DNA of 47,023 nt from Halioglobus sp. (GCA_041307045.1 JBFZEF010000238.1:1-47023); one strand, 5' to 3'. Positions 1-10,402 are shown, numbered from the stretch's first letter. Notes: generated by a model from the letters alone, not told the origin. Program-made: numbers and translations.

Positions 1-476
1 GGGATGATCTGGCCCAGTGTTCCGGTGGCGCAGATGGTGCCCGCGGCCAGGGATGGACGGTAACCGGCGTTCAGCATGCTGGGCAGGGACAGCAGGCCCA
101 TGGTCACCACGGTGGCGCCGACGATCCCGGTGCTGGCGGCCAGCAGCATTCCGACCACCACCACGGAAATACCCAGGCCGCCGCGCATGGTACCAAACAG
201 CTTCGCCATGCTGCCGAGCAACTCTTCCGCCACCCGGGATTTCTCCAGGATCACGCCCATGAGGATGAACAGTGGCACGGCGATCAGGGTGTCGTTGCTG
301 ATGGTGCCGAATATCCTGCCCGGGAGTGCGGCGAGAAAGCCGGCATCGAACTGTCCCGCGATTATTCCGGCAGCAGCAAAACCCAGCGCGGTCCCGGCGA
401 GGGTGAAAGCTACCGGGTAGCCCAGCATCAGCAGCAGGCAGACCGCCAGGAACATGTACAGGGAGATGTACTCCAT
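1..476 (-). CDS. TRAP transporter large permease (DctM family), N-terminal part only; gene continues past the window start
   Basis: Not in the ORF track because it runs off the window. Reverse translation from ATG (476-474) gives MEYISLYMFLAVCLLLMLGYPVAFTLAGTALGF...GLGISVVVVGMLLAASTGIVGATVVTMGLL, a polytopic DctM-like sequence. The ATG overlaps the TGA of the upstream small-permease gene (ATGA). Confidence 0.85.
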   Translation of the reverse strand, partial: MEYISLYMFLAVCLLLMLGYPVAFTLAGTALGFAAAGIIAGQFDAGFLAALPGRIFGTISNDTLIAVPLFILMGVILEKSRVAEELLGSMAKLFGTMRGGLGISVVVVGMLLAASTGIVGATVVTMGLLSLPSMLNAGYRPSLAAGTICATGTLGQII

Positions 477-991
477 CAGGCTTCGCGCCCGGCAACCAGT
501 GATATGGCGCTGCGGAGAGTCTCCGCCAGGCCCTGCAGGAACAGGTTGAAAGCCATCAGCGGAATGATGCTCTTCAGGAGGAAAACCGCGGGAATACCCC
601 CGGGCTGGGATGATGTCTCGCGGACAATCCAGGATTCGCTGACATAGTTCCAGCTGGAAAAGCCGATGAAGGCGCACAGTGGCATCAGAAACACGATACC
701 GCCGAGGCTGTTTACCCAGGCCTGGGCGCGGGGGCTGAAATTGCGATAGAAAATATCCACCCGCACATGGGCGCCGCTTTTCAGGGCATAGGCCGAGCCC
801 AGCATGAACAGGCTGCCGTGCATGTAGATGACGGCCTCCTGGCCCATCATCGAGCCTGTATTGAAGCCGTAGCGCATAACCACGATAACGGTGGTCAATA
901 GCGCCATCGCGACGACCAGCCACGCGAGCAGGCGGCCGCTGTGCTCGGTGAAAGTGTCTATGTAATGCACCAGGGCGCGCAGTACAGGCAT
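476..991 (-). CDS. TRAP transporter small permease (DctQ family)
   Basis: 171-aa ORF with four hydrophobic segments. Its size and its position directly upstream of, and overlapping, a DctM-type gene fit DctQ. Confidence 0.8.
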   Translation of the reverse strand: MPVLRALVHYIDTFTEHSGRLLAWLVVAMALLTTVIVVMRYGFNTGSMMGQEAVIYMHGSLFMLGSAYALKSGAHVRVDIFYRNFSPRAQAWVNSLGGIVFLMPLCAFIGFSSWNYVSESWIVRETSSQPGGIPAVFLLKSIIPLMAFNLFLQGLAETLRSAISLVAGREA

Positions 992-1091
992 GATGGTTAA
1001 GTCTTTTTGATTATTGTGCGGCAGAGTACCATAGCCGCCTGCCCTGCGAGAAACGCAATTCCGCCCACCTTACTGACACGGAATCAACCCG

Positions 1092-1877
1092 ATGTTGACG
1101 GTCATTTCCCCGGCCAAAACCCTGGATTTTGAGACTCCGCCACGCACTCGCAGGGCAACCAGGCCGCGCTTCCTGGAGCGCTCTGCGCAGCTGGTGGAAG
1201 ACGCGCGCGCCCTCAGCCCCGGTGAGATCCGCGAGCTGATGGGAGTGAGTGAACACATCGCCGCGTTAAACCATGGGCGCTTCCGGGACTGGCAGCTGCC
1301 GTTCAGCCTGGACAACGCGAGGCAGGCGCTGTTCGCATTTCGGGGCGAGGTCTACAACGGGCTTGATGCCGACAGCCTCGATGGGGGTCAGCTCGGTTAC
1401 GCCCAGCAGCATCTGCGGATTCTTTCCGGGCTCTACGGCATCCTGCGCCCGCTGGACCTGATCCAGCCCTACCGCCTGGAGATGGGATTGAAATTTCCCA
1501 ACCGCGGCGGCGGCAACCTCTACCAGTTCTGGGGCGAATCGATCACGGGCGAGCTCAACCGCGAGCTGAGGAAAGCGGGATCCCAAGTGCTGGTAAATCT
1601 CGCCTCCGGCGAGTATTTTCAGGCCATCAGGCCGCGTGCGCTGAACGCCGGGATCGTCACGCCCGTTTTCAGGGATCTCAAGGGCGGCAAGTACAAAGTC
1701 ATCAGCTTCTTCGCCAAGAAAGCGCGCGGCCAGATGGCCCGCTTTATCATCGACCGGCAGCTTGAGGATCCCCGGGGGCTGGAGGAGTTCAGGGCGGACG
1801 GCTACCGTTTCAATGCGGCGGCGTCCGCAGACGGGGAGCTGGTATTCACTCGCGACACGTCGCCCGCGGCAGCCTAG
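1092..1877 (+). CDS. yaaA: peroxide stress protein YaaA (DUF328/UPF0246)
   Basis: N-terminus MLTVISPAKTLDFETPP and overall length 261 aa are characteristic of YaaA. Confidence 0.9.
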   Translation: MLTVISPAKTLDFETPPRTRRATRPRFLERSAQLVEDARALSPGEIRELMGVSEHIAALNHGRFRDWQLPFSLDNARQALFAFRGEVYNGLDADSLDGGQLGYAQQHLRILSGLYGILRPLDLIQPYRLEMGLKFPNRGGGNLYQFWGESITGELNRELRKAGSQVLVNLASGEYFQAIRPRALNAGIVTPVFRDLKGGKYKVISFFAKKARGQMARFIIDRQLEDPRGLEEFRADGYRFNAAASADGELVFTRDTSPAAA

Positions 1878-1885
1878 CGGGGCTG

Positions 1886-2497
1886 GTGGCAGGCGTGGCT
1901 TCATTACCTTTCTCCCAGGCCTGTGAAAACAACAAGGGGTTCATTCTCGAGGTATTGCTGGAAGCCTTCGTCGATCGGCGCGAGGTGTTGGAAATTGCCA
2001 GCGGTACCGGCCAGCACGCCTGCCACTTCGCCGCGAACATGCCCTGGTTGCGGTGGCAACCCACGGAGCTACCTGAAAACCTGCCCCTGCTGGCGCCACG
2101 CTGTCGCGCTTACCCGGGCGCCAACCTGTTGTCGCCACTGGGCCTGGATGTTCGCGAGCCAATCTGGCCAAGCCTGATTCCCGATGCGCTGTTCAGCGCC
2201 AACAGCCTGCATATCATGGCTTTTTCCGCGGTGGAACGCTTTTTCGCCGCACTGGAAAACCAGGCCGGTTCTGATGTGGTGTTGGCGATCTACGGCCCGT
2301 TTAACTACGGTGGCACTTATACCAGCGCCAGCAATGCCCGGTTTGACCAGTGGCTGGCACAGCAGCATCCCGCCAGCGCGATTCGCGATTTCGAAGCGGT
2401 AGATCGGCTGGCGGCGGGCGCGGGCTTCGCCTTGCAGCAGGACCACGCGATGCCGGCGAACAACCGCTTGCTGGTGTGGCGCAAACAGCAGCTTTGA
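1886..2497 (+). CDS. DUF938 domain protein (methyltransferase-like)
   Basis: PFSQACENNKGFILEVL near the N-terminus and GPFNYGGTYTSASNARFDQWL...IRDFEAV match my memory of DUF938. Start (GTG 1886 or GTG 1895) is uncertain. Confidence 0.75.
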   Translation: MAGVASLPFSQACENNKGFILEVLLEAFVDRREVLEIASGTGQHACHFAANMPWLRWQPTELPENLPLLAPRCRAYPGANLLSPLGLDVREPIWPSLIPDALFSANSLHIMAFSAVERFFAALENQAGSDVVLAIYGPFNYGGTYTSASNARFDQWLAQQHPASAIRDFEAVDRLAAGAGFALQQDHAMPANNRLLVWRKQQL

Positions 2498-2527
2498 ATG
2501 GCACCGCCTGCTTGCACCGGGCGGCGC

Positions 2528-3682
2528 TCAAGTCTCATTTTCGGTCTCCCTGAACGGCAGCAGCGTGGCCGCGTCCCGTAGGTACGCCGCGCTGTGTTGC
2601 TCTTCACTGCGGGTGAAATCGCCCACCGCTGCGGCCAGGCGCGAATCGGCTATCCAGTGGTTCGACCAGGTGGGGACGGGGCGAAACCCGCGCTGGATTT
2701 TGTGTTCGCCCTGGGCGCCGGGATCAAACTTCTGCAGGCCGTGGGCGATGCAGTATTCGATGCCCTGGTAGTAGCAGGTCTCGAAATGGAGGCAGTCGTA
2801 TTCCTGCTCGCAACCCCAGTAGCGCCCGTAAAGCGTATCGCGGGAGCGGAAATACAATGCCCCGGCGACTGCCCGGCCCTCCAGGTTGGCCAGCACCATG
2901 ATTACCTGCTCGCCCAGTCGCGGTGCGGTTTGGGTGAAGAACTCGCGGGTGAGGTAGCCGCCGTGGCCGCTGCGCTTGGCGTAAGTCATGCGGTAAAAGT
3001 GGTGGAACTGCTGCCATTCGCGCGGGCCGATGTCCGCGCCGCACAGGGTCCTGAGAGTCAGGCCCTGTTCTGCCACGCGGGCACGTTCCCGTCGCAGGTT
3101 CTTGCGCTTGCGACTGGTGAAGTCCGCCAGGAAGTCATCGAAACTGGTGTATCCCCGGTTGAACCAGTGAAACTGGGTGGCGGTGCGCCGGTGCAGGCCG
3201 ACCGCCAGCAACGAGCGGGCAACGTCCTGCTCGGGAAACAGCAGGTGCCATGAAGAGATGCCGCGTTTGTTCGCGAAGCCCCGGATCGCGTCGAGGGCGG
3301 CGTTCCAGGTTGACGCGGGGTCGGCGCCGTCGCGCATACACAGGCGCGGACCGGTCGCGGGGGTGAAGGGGATGGCGCTGACCAGCTTCGGGTAATAGTG
3401 GAGCCCGCTGCGCTGCCAGGCGTCCGCCCAGGACCAGTCGAATACATATTCACCGTAGGAGTGTGACTTCAGATAGAGAGGCATGACCGCCAGCAAGCCG
3501 GCCGCATCGCGCAGCAGCAGGTGGCAACCCTGCCAGCCGGTGTCGGGGCAGGCACAGCCGGTCTGCTCCAGGCCGTACAGGAACTCGTGGCGCAGGAAGG
3601 GGTAATCGGTACCCGTGATCGCGTTCCACTGCCCGGCCGGAATTTGCTTCAGGCTGCCGAGGAACTCCGCTGTTGTTGCCAT
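2528..3682 (-). CDS. GNAT/FemAB-like N-acetyltransferase family protein (DUF482, COG3146 type)
   Basis: 384-aa ORF; the sequence (..YPFLRHEFLYGLEQTGC.., ..YFRSRDTLYGRYWG.., ..FDPGAQGEHK..) resembles the DUF482 family. ATG at 3682. Confidence 0.7.
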   Translation of the reverse strand: MATTAEFLGSLKQIPAGQWNAITGTDYPFLRHEFLYGLEQTGCACPDTGWQGCHLLLRDAAGLLAVMPLYLKSHSYGEYVFDWSWADAWQRSGLHYYPKLVSAIPFTPATGPRLCMRDGADPASTWNAALDAIRGFANKRGISSWHLLFPEQDVARSLLAVGLHRRTATQFHWFNRGYTSFDDFLADFTSRKRKNLRRERARVAEQGLTLRTLCGADIGPREWQQFHHFYRMTYAKRSGHGGYLTREFFTQTAPRLGEQVIMVLANLEGRAVAGALYFRSRDTLYGRYWGCEQEYDCLHFETCYYQGIEYCIAHGLQKFDPGAQGEHKIQRGFRPVPTWSNHWIADSRLAAAVGDFTRSEEQHSAAYLRDAATLLPFRETENET

Positions 3683-3694
3683 GCGCGCGTTCGC

Positions 3695-4555
3695 TCAGCT
3701 GCCGTAGTGCAGGGCGATGCCGGCAAAAATCGCCATACCTACCCAGTTATTGTGCAGAAAGGCCCTGAAGCAGGCATCGCGCTCACGCCCGCGGATCAGG
3801 TACTGCTGGTAGCCGAACAGGGCGGCGGACACACCGAGCGAGAGCATGTAATAACTACCCAATTCAAAGGCCAGGCCCGCAAGATACAGGGTCAGCAGGC
3901 ACAACAGCTGCAAGATGGCCACGATGAGGCGGTCGTGCCGGCCGAACAGGATGGCGGTGGATTTCACCCCGGCCAAAACATCGTCATCCCGGTCGACCAT
4001 CGCGTACTTGGTGTCATAGGCGACAATCCACCAGAAGTTTCCCAGGAAAACCAGCCACAGCGCCGCGGGCAGCGCATTGCGCTGGGCGGCGAAGGCCATC
4101 GGGATTCCCCAGGAAAACGCCAGGCCCAGTACCAGCTGCGGCAGGTGGGTGTAGCGTTTCATGAAGGGGTAGGAGGACGCCAGTACCACGGCCACCAGGG
4201 AGAGCCCGATAGTCAGGGTATTGGTGGACAAAACCAGAACGAAGGCCAGCAGCATGAGGGCGAAAAACAGGATGATCGCCTCCTTCTCACTGACCGCCCC
4301 GGTCACCAGGGGGCGACCGCTGGTGCGTTTTATCGCCCCGTCTACATGGCGATCAGCGAGATCGTTGATGATGCAGCCGGCGGAGCGCGTCAGGAAGGTT
4401 CCGGCTATGAAAATCGCCAGCAGGTCGATGTCGGGCACCCCCTCGGCGGCGATCCACAAAGCCCAAAGTGTCGGCCACAGCAACAGCAGGGTACCGATCG
4501 GCCGGTCAAAGCGGATCAACTGCAGCAGTGCCATGGGTTTTGCGGTATTGATCAT
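3695..4555 (-). CDS. ubiA: 4-hydroxybenzoate octaprenyltransferase
   Basis: [19 protein letters not shown] and the [10 protein letters not shown] prenyltransferase Asp-rich motif; polytopic; immediately downstream of ubiC. Confidence 0.92.
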   Translation of the reverse strand: MINTAKPMALLQLIRFDRPIGTLLLLWPTLWALWIAAEGVPDIDLLAIFIAGTFLTRSAGCIINDLADRHVDGAIKRTSGRPLVTGAVSEKEAIILFFALMLLAFVLVLSTNTLTIGLSLVAVVLASSYPFMKRYTHLPQLVLGLAFSWGIPMAFAAQRNALPAALWLVFLGNFWWIVAYDTKYAMVDRDDDVLAGVKSTAILFGRHDRLIVAILQLLCLLTLYLAGLAFELGSYYMLSLGVSAALFGYQQYLIRGRERDACFRAFLHNNWVGMAIFAGIALHYGS

Positions 4556-4590
4556 GAGCGACGCTGTGCCTGCCCCTTAAACGGCCAAGC

Positions 4591-5166
4591 TTACTGTTTT
4601 GGCGGCGCAATTGCAGCGTCGACCTTGCCCCGCTGGGCCCGGTGCACGGCCAGCCCGGCGGTCCACGGGGTGAAGCCCTGCAGGAAGACCTCACTGACCA
4701 TCAGGCTGCGGCCAGCGATAACAAAGCGCGAGCGCCTGCCCCAGGCGGGAACGTCCTGCCGCAGCTGCGGTGGCAGGTAGTCACTGTCCCCGGCCATCCT
4801 TGCCAGCTCGAACGGGCTGCGATGCATCCCCGGGTGTTTGAACAGGATGGCCCCCAGCGACCTGTTTTGCAGATAGCGCAGACGGGTGAGGTCGCCACTG
4901 AGGCTGGCGATGGGAAAAACGCTGCGCGCAAACACCACGGTACGGCCGGCCAGCATCAGGCCGACCTCCCGCACCAGTGCCCGCTGCCTGGGCCGCACCC
5001 CCAGCAGCTTGCTCTCCGACAGTAGGGGCAACTGCCAGCCCTGGTACAGGCGCTGTACCCGGAACTCCCCCAGGTTCAGTTCAATCAGGCGAACCGTGAG
5101 CGAGCTGTCATCGAGCAACCAGTGGCGGCAGGCCGAGGGCAATTCCGCCGCGGTATAGAGTTGCAT
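4591..5166 (-). CDS. ubiC: chorismate pyruvate-lyase
   Basis: Only the last 191 codons of the 648-aa track ORF (from [13 protein letters not shown] 5166-5164) look real. Size and position upstream of ubiA fit UbiC; the rest of the track ORF is antisense to the rubredoxin gene. Confidence 0.8.
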   Translation of the reverse strand: MQLYTAAELPSACRHWLLDDSSLTVRLIELNLGEFRVQRLYQGWQLPLLSESKLLGVRPRQRALVREVGLMLAGRTVVFARSVFPIASLSGDLTRLRYLQNRSLGAILFKHPGMHRSPFELARMAGDSDYLPPQLRQDVPAWGRRSRFVIAGRSLMVSEVFLQGFTPWTAGLAVHRAQRGKVDAAIAPPKQ

Positions 5167-5330
5167 TGCACGCCAGTGCGGCTCGCGGCGGATCGGGCGC
5201 GGGATGGGTTGCTCTGGCACGGGAACGCGGGCTCTTTTGCAGGCGGCACAAGCCCGAAGGATGCGCGATCGGGCGGGTGCACGCAAGCCCGCTTCTACCC
5301 CGGGTTGCCGCGGGGGCCGGCACAAAGTTC

Positions 5331-5358
5331 TTGCACAATTTTTACACAACCCTATAGT
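5331..5358 (+). promoter_or_regulatory. candidate sigma70 promoter for the rubredoxin-reductase gene
   Basis: TTGCAC (5331-5336), 16-nt spacer, TATAGT (5353-5358), about 110 nt upstream of the ATG at 5470. Confidence 0.45.
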
Positions 5359-5469
5359 GTGGCGATCCAAATTTTGACCCTGTTTCCGCGCTCGGAAATG
5401 ACTACAGCGATGCTTCGAGCGTCGCGGAATGTGCCGCCAGGCGGGCGGAAAAACAAAGCGAGAAGTGAC

Positions 5470-6840
5470 ATGAGCAAATATGAATGTATCGTCTGCGGCC
5501 TGATCTACGATGAGAAACTGGGCTGGCCGGATGATGGCATTGCCCCCGGTACCCGTTGGGAAGATGTACCCGAGGACTGGTTGTGTCCCGACTGCGGGGT
5601 GGGCAAGGAAGATTTCGAATTGCTGGAGGAGGCGCCGCTGGATGAAACGCCGCACCACCAGGAACCGGTGGCTGATAAAGCACATGCACCGGTGGTGATT
5701 CTGGGCACCGGCCTTGCAGGTTATGGCCTGGCCAAGGAGTTTCGCAAATACGATGACAGCACGCCGCTGATCCTCATCACCTCCGATGACGGCCGCTCCT
5801 ACTCCAAACCCATGCTGTCCACCGGCTATACCAAGAACCACAACGCCAACGACCTGGCGCAGCTGGACGCGGGCAGTATGGCCCGGTTGCTCAAGGCCAG
5901 CGTCTGGACCATGACCCGGGTCAACGAGATCGATACCGCGCAGCAGCTGATCAAGGTGGGCGATGCCCAGACTGCCATCCACTACAGCAAACTGGTACTC
6001 GCGGTGGGCGCGGAGGTTATCAGCCCGCCCCTGCAGGGGGATGCCCTGGAGCGGGTCTACTCGGTCAATGATCTGCTCGACTACGACGATTTCCGCACCG
6101 CCGTGGCCAAGAACAATGTCAGGAAGGTCTGTATTATCGGCGGCGGCCTGATAGGCTGTGAATTTACCAATGACCTGATCAATGGCGGTTTCGAAGTGGA
6201 GGCGGTGGACCCGTTGGGCTACTGCCTGCCCACACTGCTGCCCGAGGCCGCGGGCAAGGCGGTGCAGGCTGCGCTCGAAGCGCAGGGTGCGAAATTCCAT
6301 TTCGGCCCCTTGGTGACCGCCGTGAACAAGGCCGCCAGCGGTGTGCTGGTCAGCCTCAACAACGGCGCCACTATCGCCGCCGATATTGTTGTCTCCGCCG
6401 TGGGCGTGCGCCCGCGCACCGCCCTTGCCAGGGCGTCCGGTATCGCCACCAACCGCGGCATCGTGACCAACCGTCTGCTGGAAACCAGCGCGCCCAATGT
6501 CTACGCCATGGGCGATTGCGCCGAGGTGAACGGCCATGTGCTGGTGTATGTGGCGCCACTGATGGCGGCGGCACGCGCGCTGGCCAGGACCCTTGCCGGC
6601 GAGCCCACCGAAGTCAGCTATCCCGCCATGCCGGTAACCATCAAGACGCCCGCCTGCCCGGTGGTCGTAGCGCCACCGGCGCCGGGTGCCCAGGGCGCCT
6701 GGTCGATAACGGCCGAGGGCACCAATGTGAAGGCCGAGTTCCGCGATCCCGCCGGCAAGCTGCTGGGCTTTGCCCTCACCGGCGAGGCAACCAAAGACAA
6801 GACGGCCCTGCAGAAGGAACTGCCGGCCATCATGGCCTGA
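5470..6840 (+). CDS. rubredoxin fused to rubredoxin-NAD(P)+ reductase (FAD-dependent pyridine nucleotide-disulfide oxidoreductase)
   Basis: Start [10 protein letters not shown]. Two CxxCG knuckles (CIVCG, CPDCG) lie within the first 54 aa, followed by a linker. After the linker come [12 protein letters not shown] (FAD fold) and [12 protein letters not shown] (NAD fold). In frame with the track ORF 5122..6840. Confidence 0.88.
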   Translation: MSKYECIVCGLIYDEKLGWPDDGIAPGTRWEDVPEDWLCPDCGVGKEDFELLEEAPLDETPHHQEPVADKAHAPVVILGTGLAGYGLAKEFRKYDDSTPLILITSDDGRSYSKPMLSTGYTKNHNANDLAQLDAGSMARLLKASVWTMTRVNEIDTAQQLIKVGDAQTAIHYSKLVLAVGAEVISPPLQGDALERVYSVNDLLDYDDFRTAVAKNNVRKVCIIGGGLIGCEFTNDLINGGFEVEAVDPLGYCLPTLLPEAAGKAVQAALEAQGAKFHFGPLVTAVNKAASGVLVSLNNGATIAADIVVSAVGVRPRTALARASGIATNRGIVTNRLLETSAPNVYAMGDCAEVNGHVLVYVAPLMAAARALARTLAGEPTEVSYPAMPVTIKTPACPVVVAPPAPGAQGAWSITAEGTNVKAEFRDPAGKLLGFALTGEATKDKTALQKELPAIMA

Positions 6841-7406
6841 TGGATTCCGGGGCGGGCGGGCCCGCGGCGCAGGCCGAAGCCCACATCCGCACCTGGCTGG
6901 CCGATTGTGTGGTCGGCCTGAACCTCTGCCCCTTCGCGCGCCCCCTGTTGGGCGCGGCGAGACTGCGAATTGCTATCTGTGGCGAAACGCAGCCGCAAGC
7001 CCTGCGGCAGGCGTTTTTGCAGGAGCTCGATCTGCTACAGCGCAGCACCGAGGAGGACGTCGCCACCACGCTGCTGGCGTTTCCCGACGCCCTGGGCGAT
7101 TTTCACGACTACCTGGATTTTCTCGATGAGGCTCAGTCCCTGCTGGAGGAGGCGGGCCTGCGGGGCGTGGTGCAGCTGGCGAGCTTCCACCCCCGCTACC
7201 TGTTCGCCGGGGAGCCGGTAGACGGGGCCAGCCACTACAGCAATCGCGCGCCCTATCCGCTGCTTCACCTGCTGCGGGAGGACATGTTGAGCAGGGTGCT
7301 GGCGGACGATGCCGCTGCCGACGAGATTCCCGACCGCAATATCGCCACCCTCGAGGCAATCGGCGCTGTGGCGCTGGAGCGGCGCTGGCGCGAACTCTTC
7401 AGCTAG
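6840..7406 (+). CDS. DUF1415 domain protein
   Basis: From MDSGAGGP (ATG 6840 overlaps the TGA 6838-6840 of the upstream gene). VVGLNLCPFARP motif and ~188 aa length fit DUF1415. Confidence 0.7.
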   Translation: MDSGAGGPAAQAEAHIRTWLADCVVGLNLCPFARPLLGAARLRIAICGETQPQALRQAFLQELDLLQRSTEEDVATTLLAFPDALGDFHDYLDFLDEAQSLLEEAGLRGVVQLASFHPRYLFAGEPVDGASHYSNRAPYPLLHLLREDMLSRVLADDAAADEIPDRNIATLEAIGAVALERRWRELFS

Positions 7407-9478
7407 ACGTTGCCGAAGGCCTGTTTTGCACCGGTCCAGCGCTGTACCAGTGCGCCGGCAAGCTCGGGATAGCGCTGGCGGATAAGCTCTGCGATGGCCT
7501 GCACCTCGTCCAGCAGGTGGCTGTGGGCCGGCAGCTGGGCGATGCGAAATTCCATCAGGCCGGTCTGGCGGGTGCCCAGTACCTCCCCCGGTCCGCGCAG
7601 CTCCAGGTCCCTTTCCGCGATGTAAAACCCGTCGCAGCTGTCGCGCAGGGCGATCAGCCGCTCCCTGCCCGAGGCCGACAGGGGCGCCTGGTACAGCATC
7701 ACACAATGGCTGGCCGCGCTGCCCCGACCGACCCTGCCCCGCAACTGGTGGAGCTGCGCCAGGCCCAGGCGCTCAGGATTCTCGATGATCATCAGGCTGG
7801 CATTGGCCACATCCACGCCCACCTCGATAACGGTGGTGGCCACCAGCAGGGCCAGCTCGCCGGCCTTGAACGCGGCCATGACCGACTCCTTGTCCGCCGG
7901 TTTCATGCGGCCGTGGACCAGGCCGATGGCGAGCTCGGGCAGGGCCAGTCGCAGTTCCGCCGCGGTCGCCTCCGCCGCCTGCGCCTGCAGCGCGTCACTT
8001 TCCTCGATCAGGGTGCAAACCCAGTAGGCCTGCCGGCCCTGGCCGCAGGCCGCTGCCACCCGCTCCACCACCTGGTCGCGACGCGCGTTGTCGATCAGTA
8101 CCGTGGTGATGGCCTGGCGCCCCGGCGGCAACTCGTCGATGACCGAGCAGTCCAGGTCGGCGTAGGCCACCATGGAGAGGGTGCGGGGAATCGGTGTGGC
8201 AGTCATTACCAGCTGATGCGGCTTGCCCTGCCCCGGGGCGCTCTTGGCGGTGAGCGCCAGCCGTTGGTGGACGCCAAAGCGGTGTTGCTCATCGACGATG
8301 ACCAGGCCCAGGCGGTTAAACCTCACGTCCTGCTGGAACAGGGCATGGGTGCCTATCACCAGATCCGCCTCGCCGCTGGCGATGCGCTGCAGGGCCGCCT
8401 CCCGCTTTTTGCCCTTCAGGCGGCCACTCAGCCACTCCATGCCAATGGACAGGGGCTGGAACCAGTTGCTGAAACTTGCCCGGTGCTGCTCTGCCAGGAT
8501 CTCGGTAGGCGCCATGATGGCCACCTGGTAACCGTTGGCGATGACCTGCAGGGCGGCGCCCGCGGCGACCAGGGTCTTGCCCGAGCCCACATCCCCCTGC
8601 ACCAGGCGCAGCATGGGGACGGGAAGGGCGAGGTCGGCGCCGATTTCCGCCAGCACCCGCTGCTGGGCGCTGGTGGGCTGGAAGGGCAGGGTCGCCAGGA
8701 AAGCCTCCAGCCGGGCGCTGTCGAGGGGCATGGCCGGAGCCCCTTCCTCCCGCTGGCGCTCGCGCAGTCGCTGCAGCGCCAGGTTGTGCGCCACCAGTTC
8801 CTCCAGCGCCAGGCGCAGCTGGGCCGGATGCCGCCCCTCCCGCAGCAGTTGCTGGGGGGCGTTGGGTGGCGGCGCGTGCAGATACTCCAGCGCGCGGGCC
8901 AGGTCGTAGGGATGTTCTCCCGGGGGCATCAGGTCCTGTGGCGGCTCCCGTTGCAGGCGGGCCAGGGCCTGGCCGCAAAGATTGCGCCACTGGTTCTGGC
9001 CGATGCCATCGGTAGTGGGGTAAATGGGTGTAAGCGCCTGCTCGATGGGGCGCTCCCCGCCCTCCAGGGGGCGGTATTCCGGGTGGAACATCTCGAGGCC
9101 GCTGCCGCCGCGGCGCACCTGGCCGAAGCAGCGCAGCCGGGTACCCGGTTTGAGGCTGTTCTTCTGGGCCGCGGAGAAATGGAAGAATCGCAGGGTCAGG
9201 GTGCCGCTGCCATCCTGGATGCGCGCCACCAGGCTGCGGCGCCGACCAAATACGATGTCGGCGGCGCGCACCTCTCCTTCAACCACCACGTCGTCACCCT
9301 CTCTCGCCGCAGCGATGGGGGTCACCCGGGTGCGATCCTGGTAGCGCAGGGGCAGGTGGAACAGCAGATCCTCGACCTGGTGCACGCCGTAGTCCGCGAG
9401 CCTGGCCGCGAGCCTGGGCCCCACTCCGCGCAGCTCGCGCACCGGTATGCGCGCTATGCCAGAATTTTTCAGGGTCAT
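7403..9478 (-). CDS. recG: ATP-dependent DNA helicase RecG
   Basis: 691 aa; wedge-domain N-terminus (LPLRYQDRT), Walker A GDVGSGKT, DEQHRFGV, and C-terminal QLHQLRGRVGRG helicase motifs. Confidence 0.96.
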   Translation of the reverse strand: MTLKNSGIARIPVRELRGVGPRLAARLADYGVHQVEDLLFHLPLRYQDRTRVTPIAAAREGDDVVVEGEVRAADIVFGRRRSLVARIQDGSGTLTLRFFHFSAAQKNSLKPGTRLRCFGQVRRGGSGLEMFHPEYRPLEGGERPIEQALTPIYPTTDGIGQNQWRNLCGQALARLQREPPQDLMPPGEHPYDLARALEYLHAPPPNAPQQLLREGRHPAQLRLALEELVAHNLALQRLRERQREEGAPAMPLDSARLEAFLATLPFQPTSAQQRVLAEIGADLALPVPMLRLVQGDVGSGKTLVAAGAALQVIANGYQVAIMAPTEILAEQHRASFSNWFQPLSIGMEWLSGRLKGKKREAALQRIASGEADLVIGTHALFQQDVRFNRLGLVIVDEQHRFGVHQRLALTAKSAPGQGKPHQLVMTATPIPRTLSMVAYADLDCSVIDELPPGRQAITTVLIDNARRDQVVERVAAACGQGRQAYWVCTLIEESDALQAQAAEATAAELRLALPELAIGLVHGRMKPADKESVMAAFKAGELALLVATTVIEVGVDVANASLMIIENPERLGLAQLHQLRGRVGRGSAASHCVMLYQAPLSASGRERLIALRDSCDGFYIAERDLELRGPGEVLGTRQTGLMEFRIAQLPAHSHLLDEVQAIAELIRQRYPELAGALVQRWTGAKQAFGNV

Positions 9479-9532
9479 GGTGAGAGGTCCGGGGCGGGGC
9501 TGCGTATAGTGTAACCAGTGAGGGAAAACATA

Positions 9533-10402
9533 ATGAAGACCAATTCCATTCTATTTGTCGGCTGCGGCGACCTGGGCGCTCGCAGTGGGACGCTGCTGCG
9601 CGAGAGCGGCTGGCGGGTAGTGGGCCTGCGGCGTGACCCTGCGCGCCTGCCTGCGGGATTTACCGGGTTCGCGGGAGATTACACCCGGCCCGGCAGCCTG
9701 GACTTCATCGCCGCCCTGCAGCCGGATTTCGTGGTGGTCACCGCCAATCCCAGCGACCGTTCGGTAGAGGGCTATCGCCGGGGTTTCACCCTGGGCGCAC
9801 AAAACCTGCTGGCGGGGCTTGGCGGCCACAAACCCAGGGCGGTGCTGTGGGTGTCCAGCACCCGGGTCTATGCCGAACGGGACGGCGGCTGGGTGGATGA
9901 GGCCAGTGCACTGGCAGTGGATGACCTCCGGGCCCTGGCCATGGTCGCCGCTGAAAAGCTCCTGTTGGACTCGCCCCATGCGGCCTGCGTGGTTCGCTTC
10001 GCCGGCATCTACGGTGACCCGAAGGGACGCCTGCTGGAGCGGATCAGGCGCGGCGAGTTGTGCCCCCGACAGCCGCTGCGCTACAGCAATCGCATTCACC
10101 GGGATGACTGTGCGGGGTTTCTCTGTCACCTGCTGGAGGGGGCCCGCAGGGGGGCGAGACTGGCCCCTGTCTACAACGGGGTGGATGACCTGCCTGCCGC
10201 GCAGTACGAGGTCGAAACCTGGCTGGCCCAGGCGCTGGGGGTTGCTGCTGAGGCGCTCCAGACCAATGCACCCATCGTCCGGGACACCATGAGTGAAGGG
10301 CACAAGCGCTGTAGTAACCGCTTACTTCACGCCAGTGGCTACCAGTTGCGGTATCCGGATTACCGCAGCGGCTACGGCGCGCTGCTGGCCGTTGCGCGCT
10401 AG
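9533..10402 (+). CDS. NAD(P)-binding SDR/epimerase-family oxidoreductase
   Basis: ILFVGCGDLG Rossmann motif. ATG 9533 is preceded by GAGGGA, preferred over the GTG at 9518 used by the ORF track. Confidence 0.7.
   Translation: MKTNSILFVGCGDLGARSGTLLRESGWRVVGLRRDPARLPAGFTGFAGDYTRPGSLDFIAALQPDFVVVTANPSDRSVEGYRRGFTLGAQNLLAGLGGHKPRAVLWVSSTRVYAERDGGWVDEASALAVDDLRALAMVAAEKLLLDSPHAACVVRFAGIYGDPKGRLLERIRRGELCPRQPLRYSNRIHRDDCAGFLCHLLEGARRGARLAPVYNGVDDLPAAQYEVETWLAQALGVAAEALQTNAPIVRDTMSEGHKRCSNRLLHASGYQLRYPDYRSGYGALLAVAR

Noticed and set aside
3521-4780. 419-aa plus-strand ORF
   Set aside because: It is antisense to ubiA and runs into ubiC, with low-complexity Gly/Gln/Arg-rich translation.
5331-5339. 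Nonamer TTGCACAAT shared between the rubredoxin promoter region and the pyrE upstream region (16757-16765)
   Set aside because: It is a single 9-mer coincidence containing a -35-like hexamer, with no extended similarity around it.
5167-6537. Upstream 457 codons of the 648-aa minus-strand track ORF (4591..6537)
   Set aside because: Only the last 191 codons (ubiC) look like protein. The rest is antisense to the rubredoxin-reductase gene and spans the 300-bp divergent promoter region.
7517-9514. 665-aa plus-strand ORF
   Set aside because: It lies entirely antisense to recG, whose helicase motifs are unmistakable. The translation is Gly/Ala/Arg/Gln-rich and low in complexity, a typical shadow ORF of high-GC DNA.
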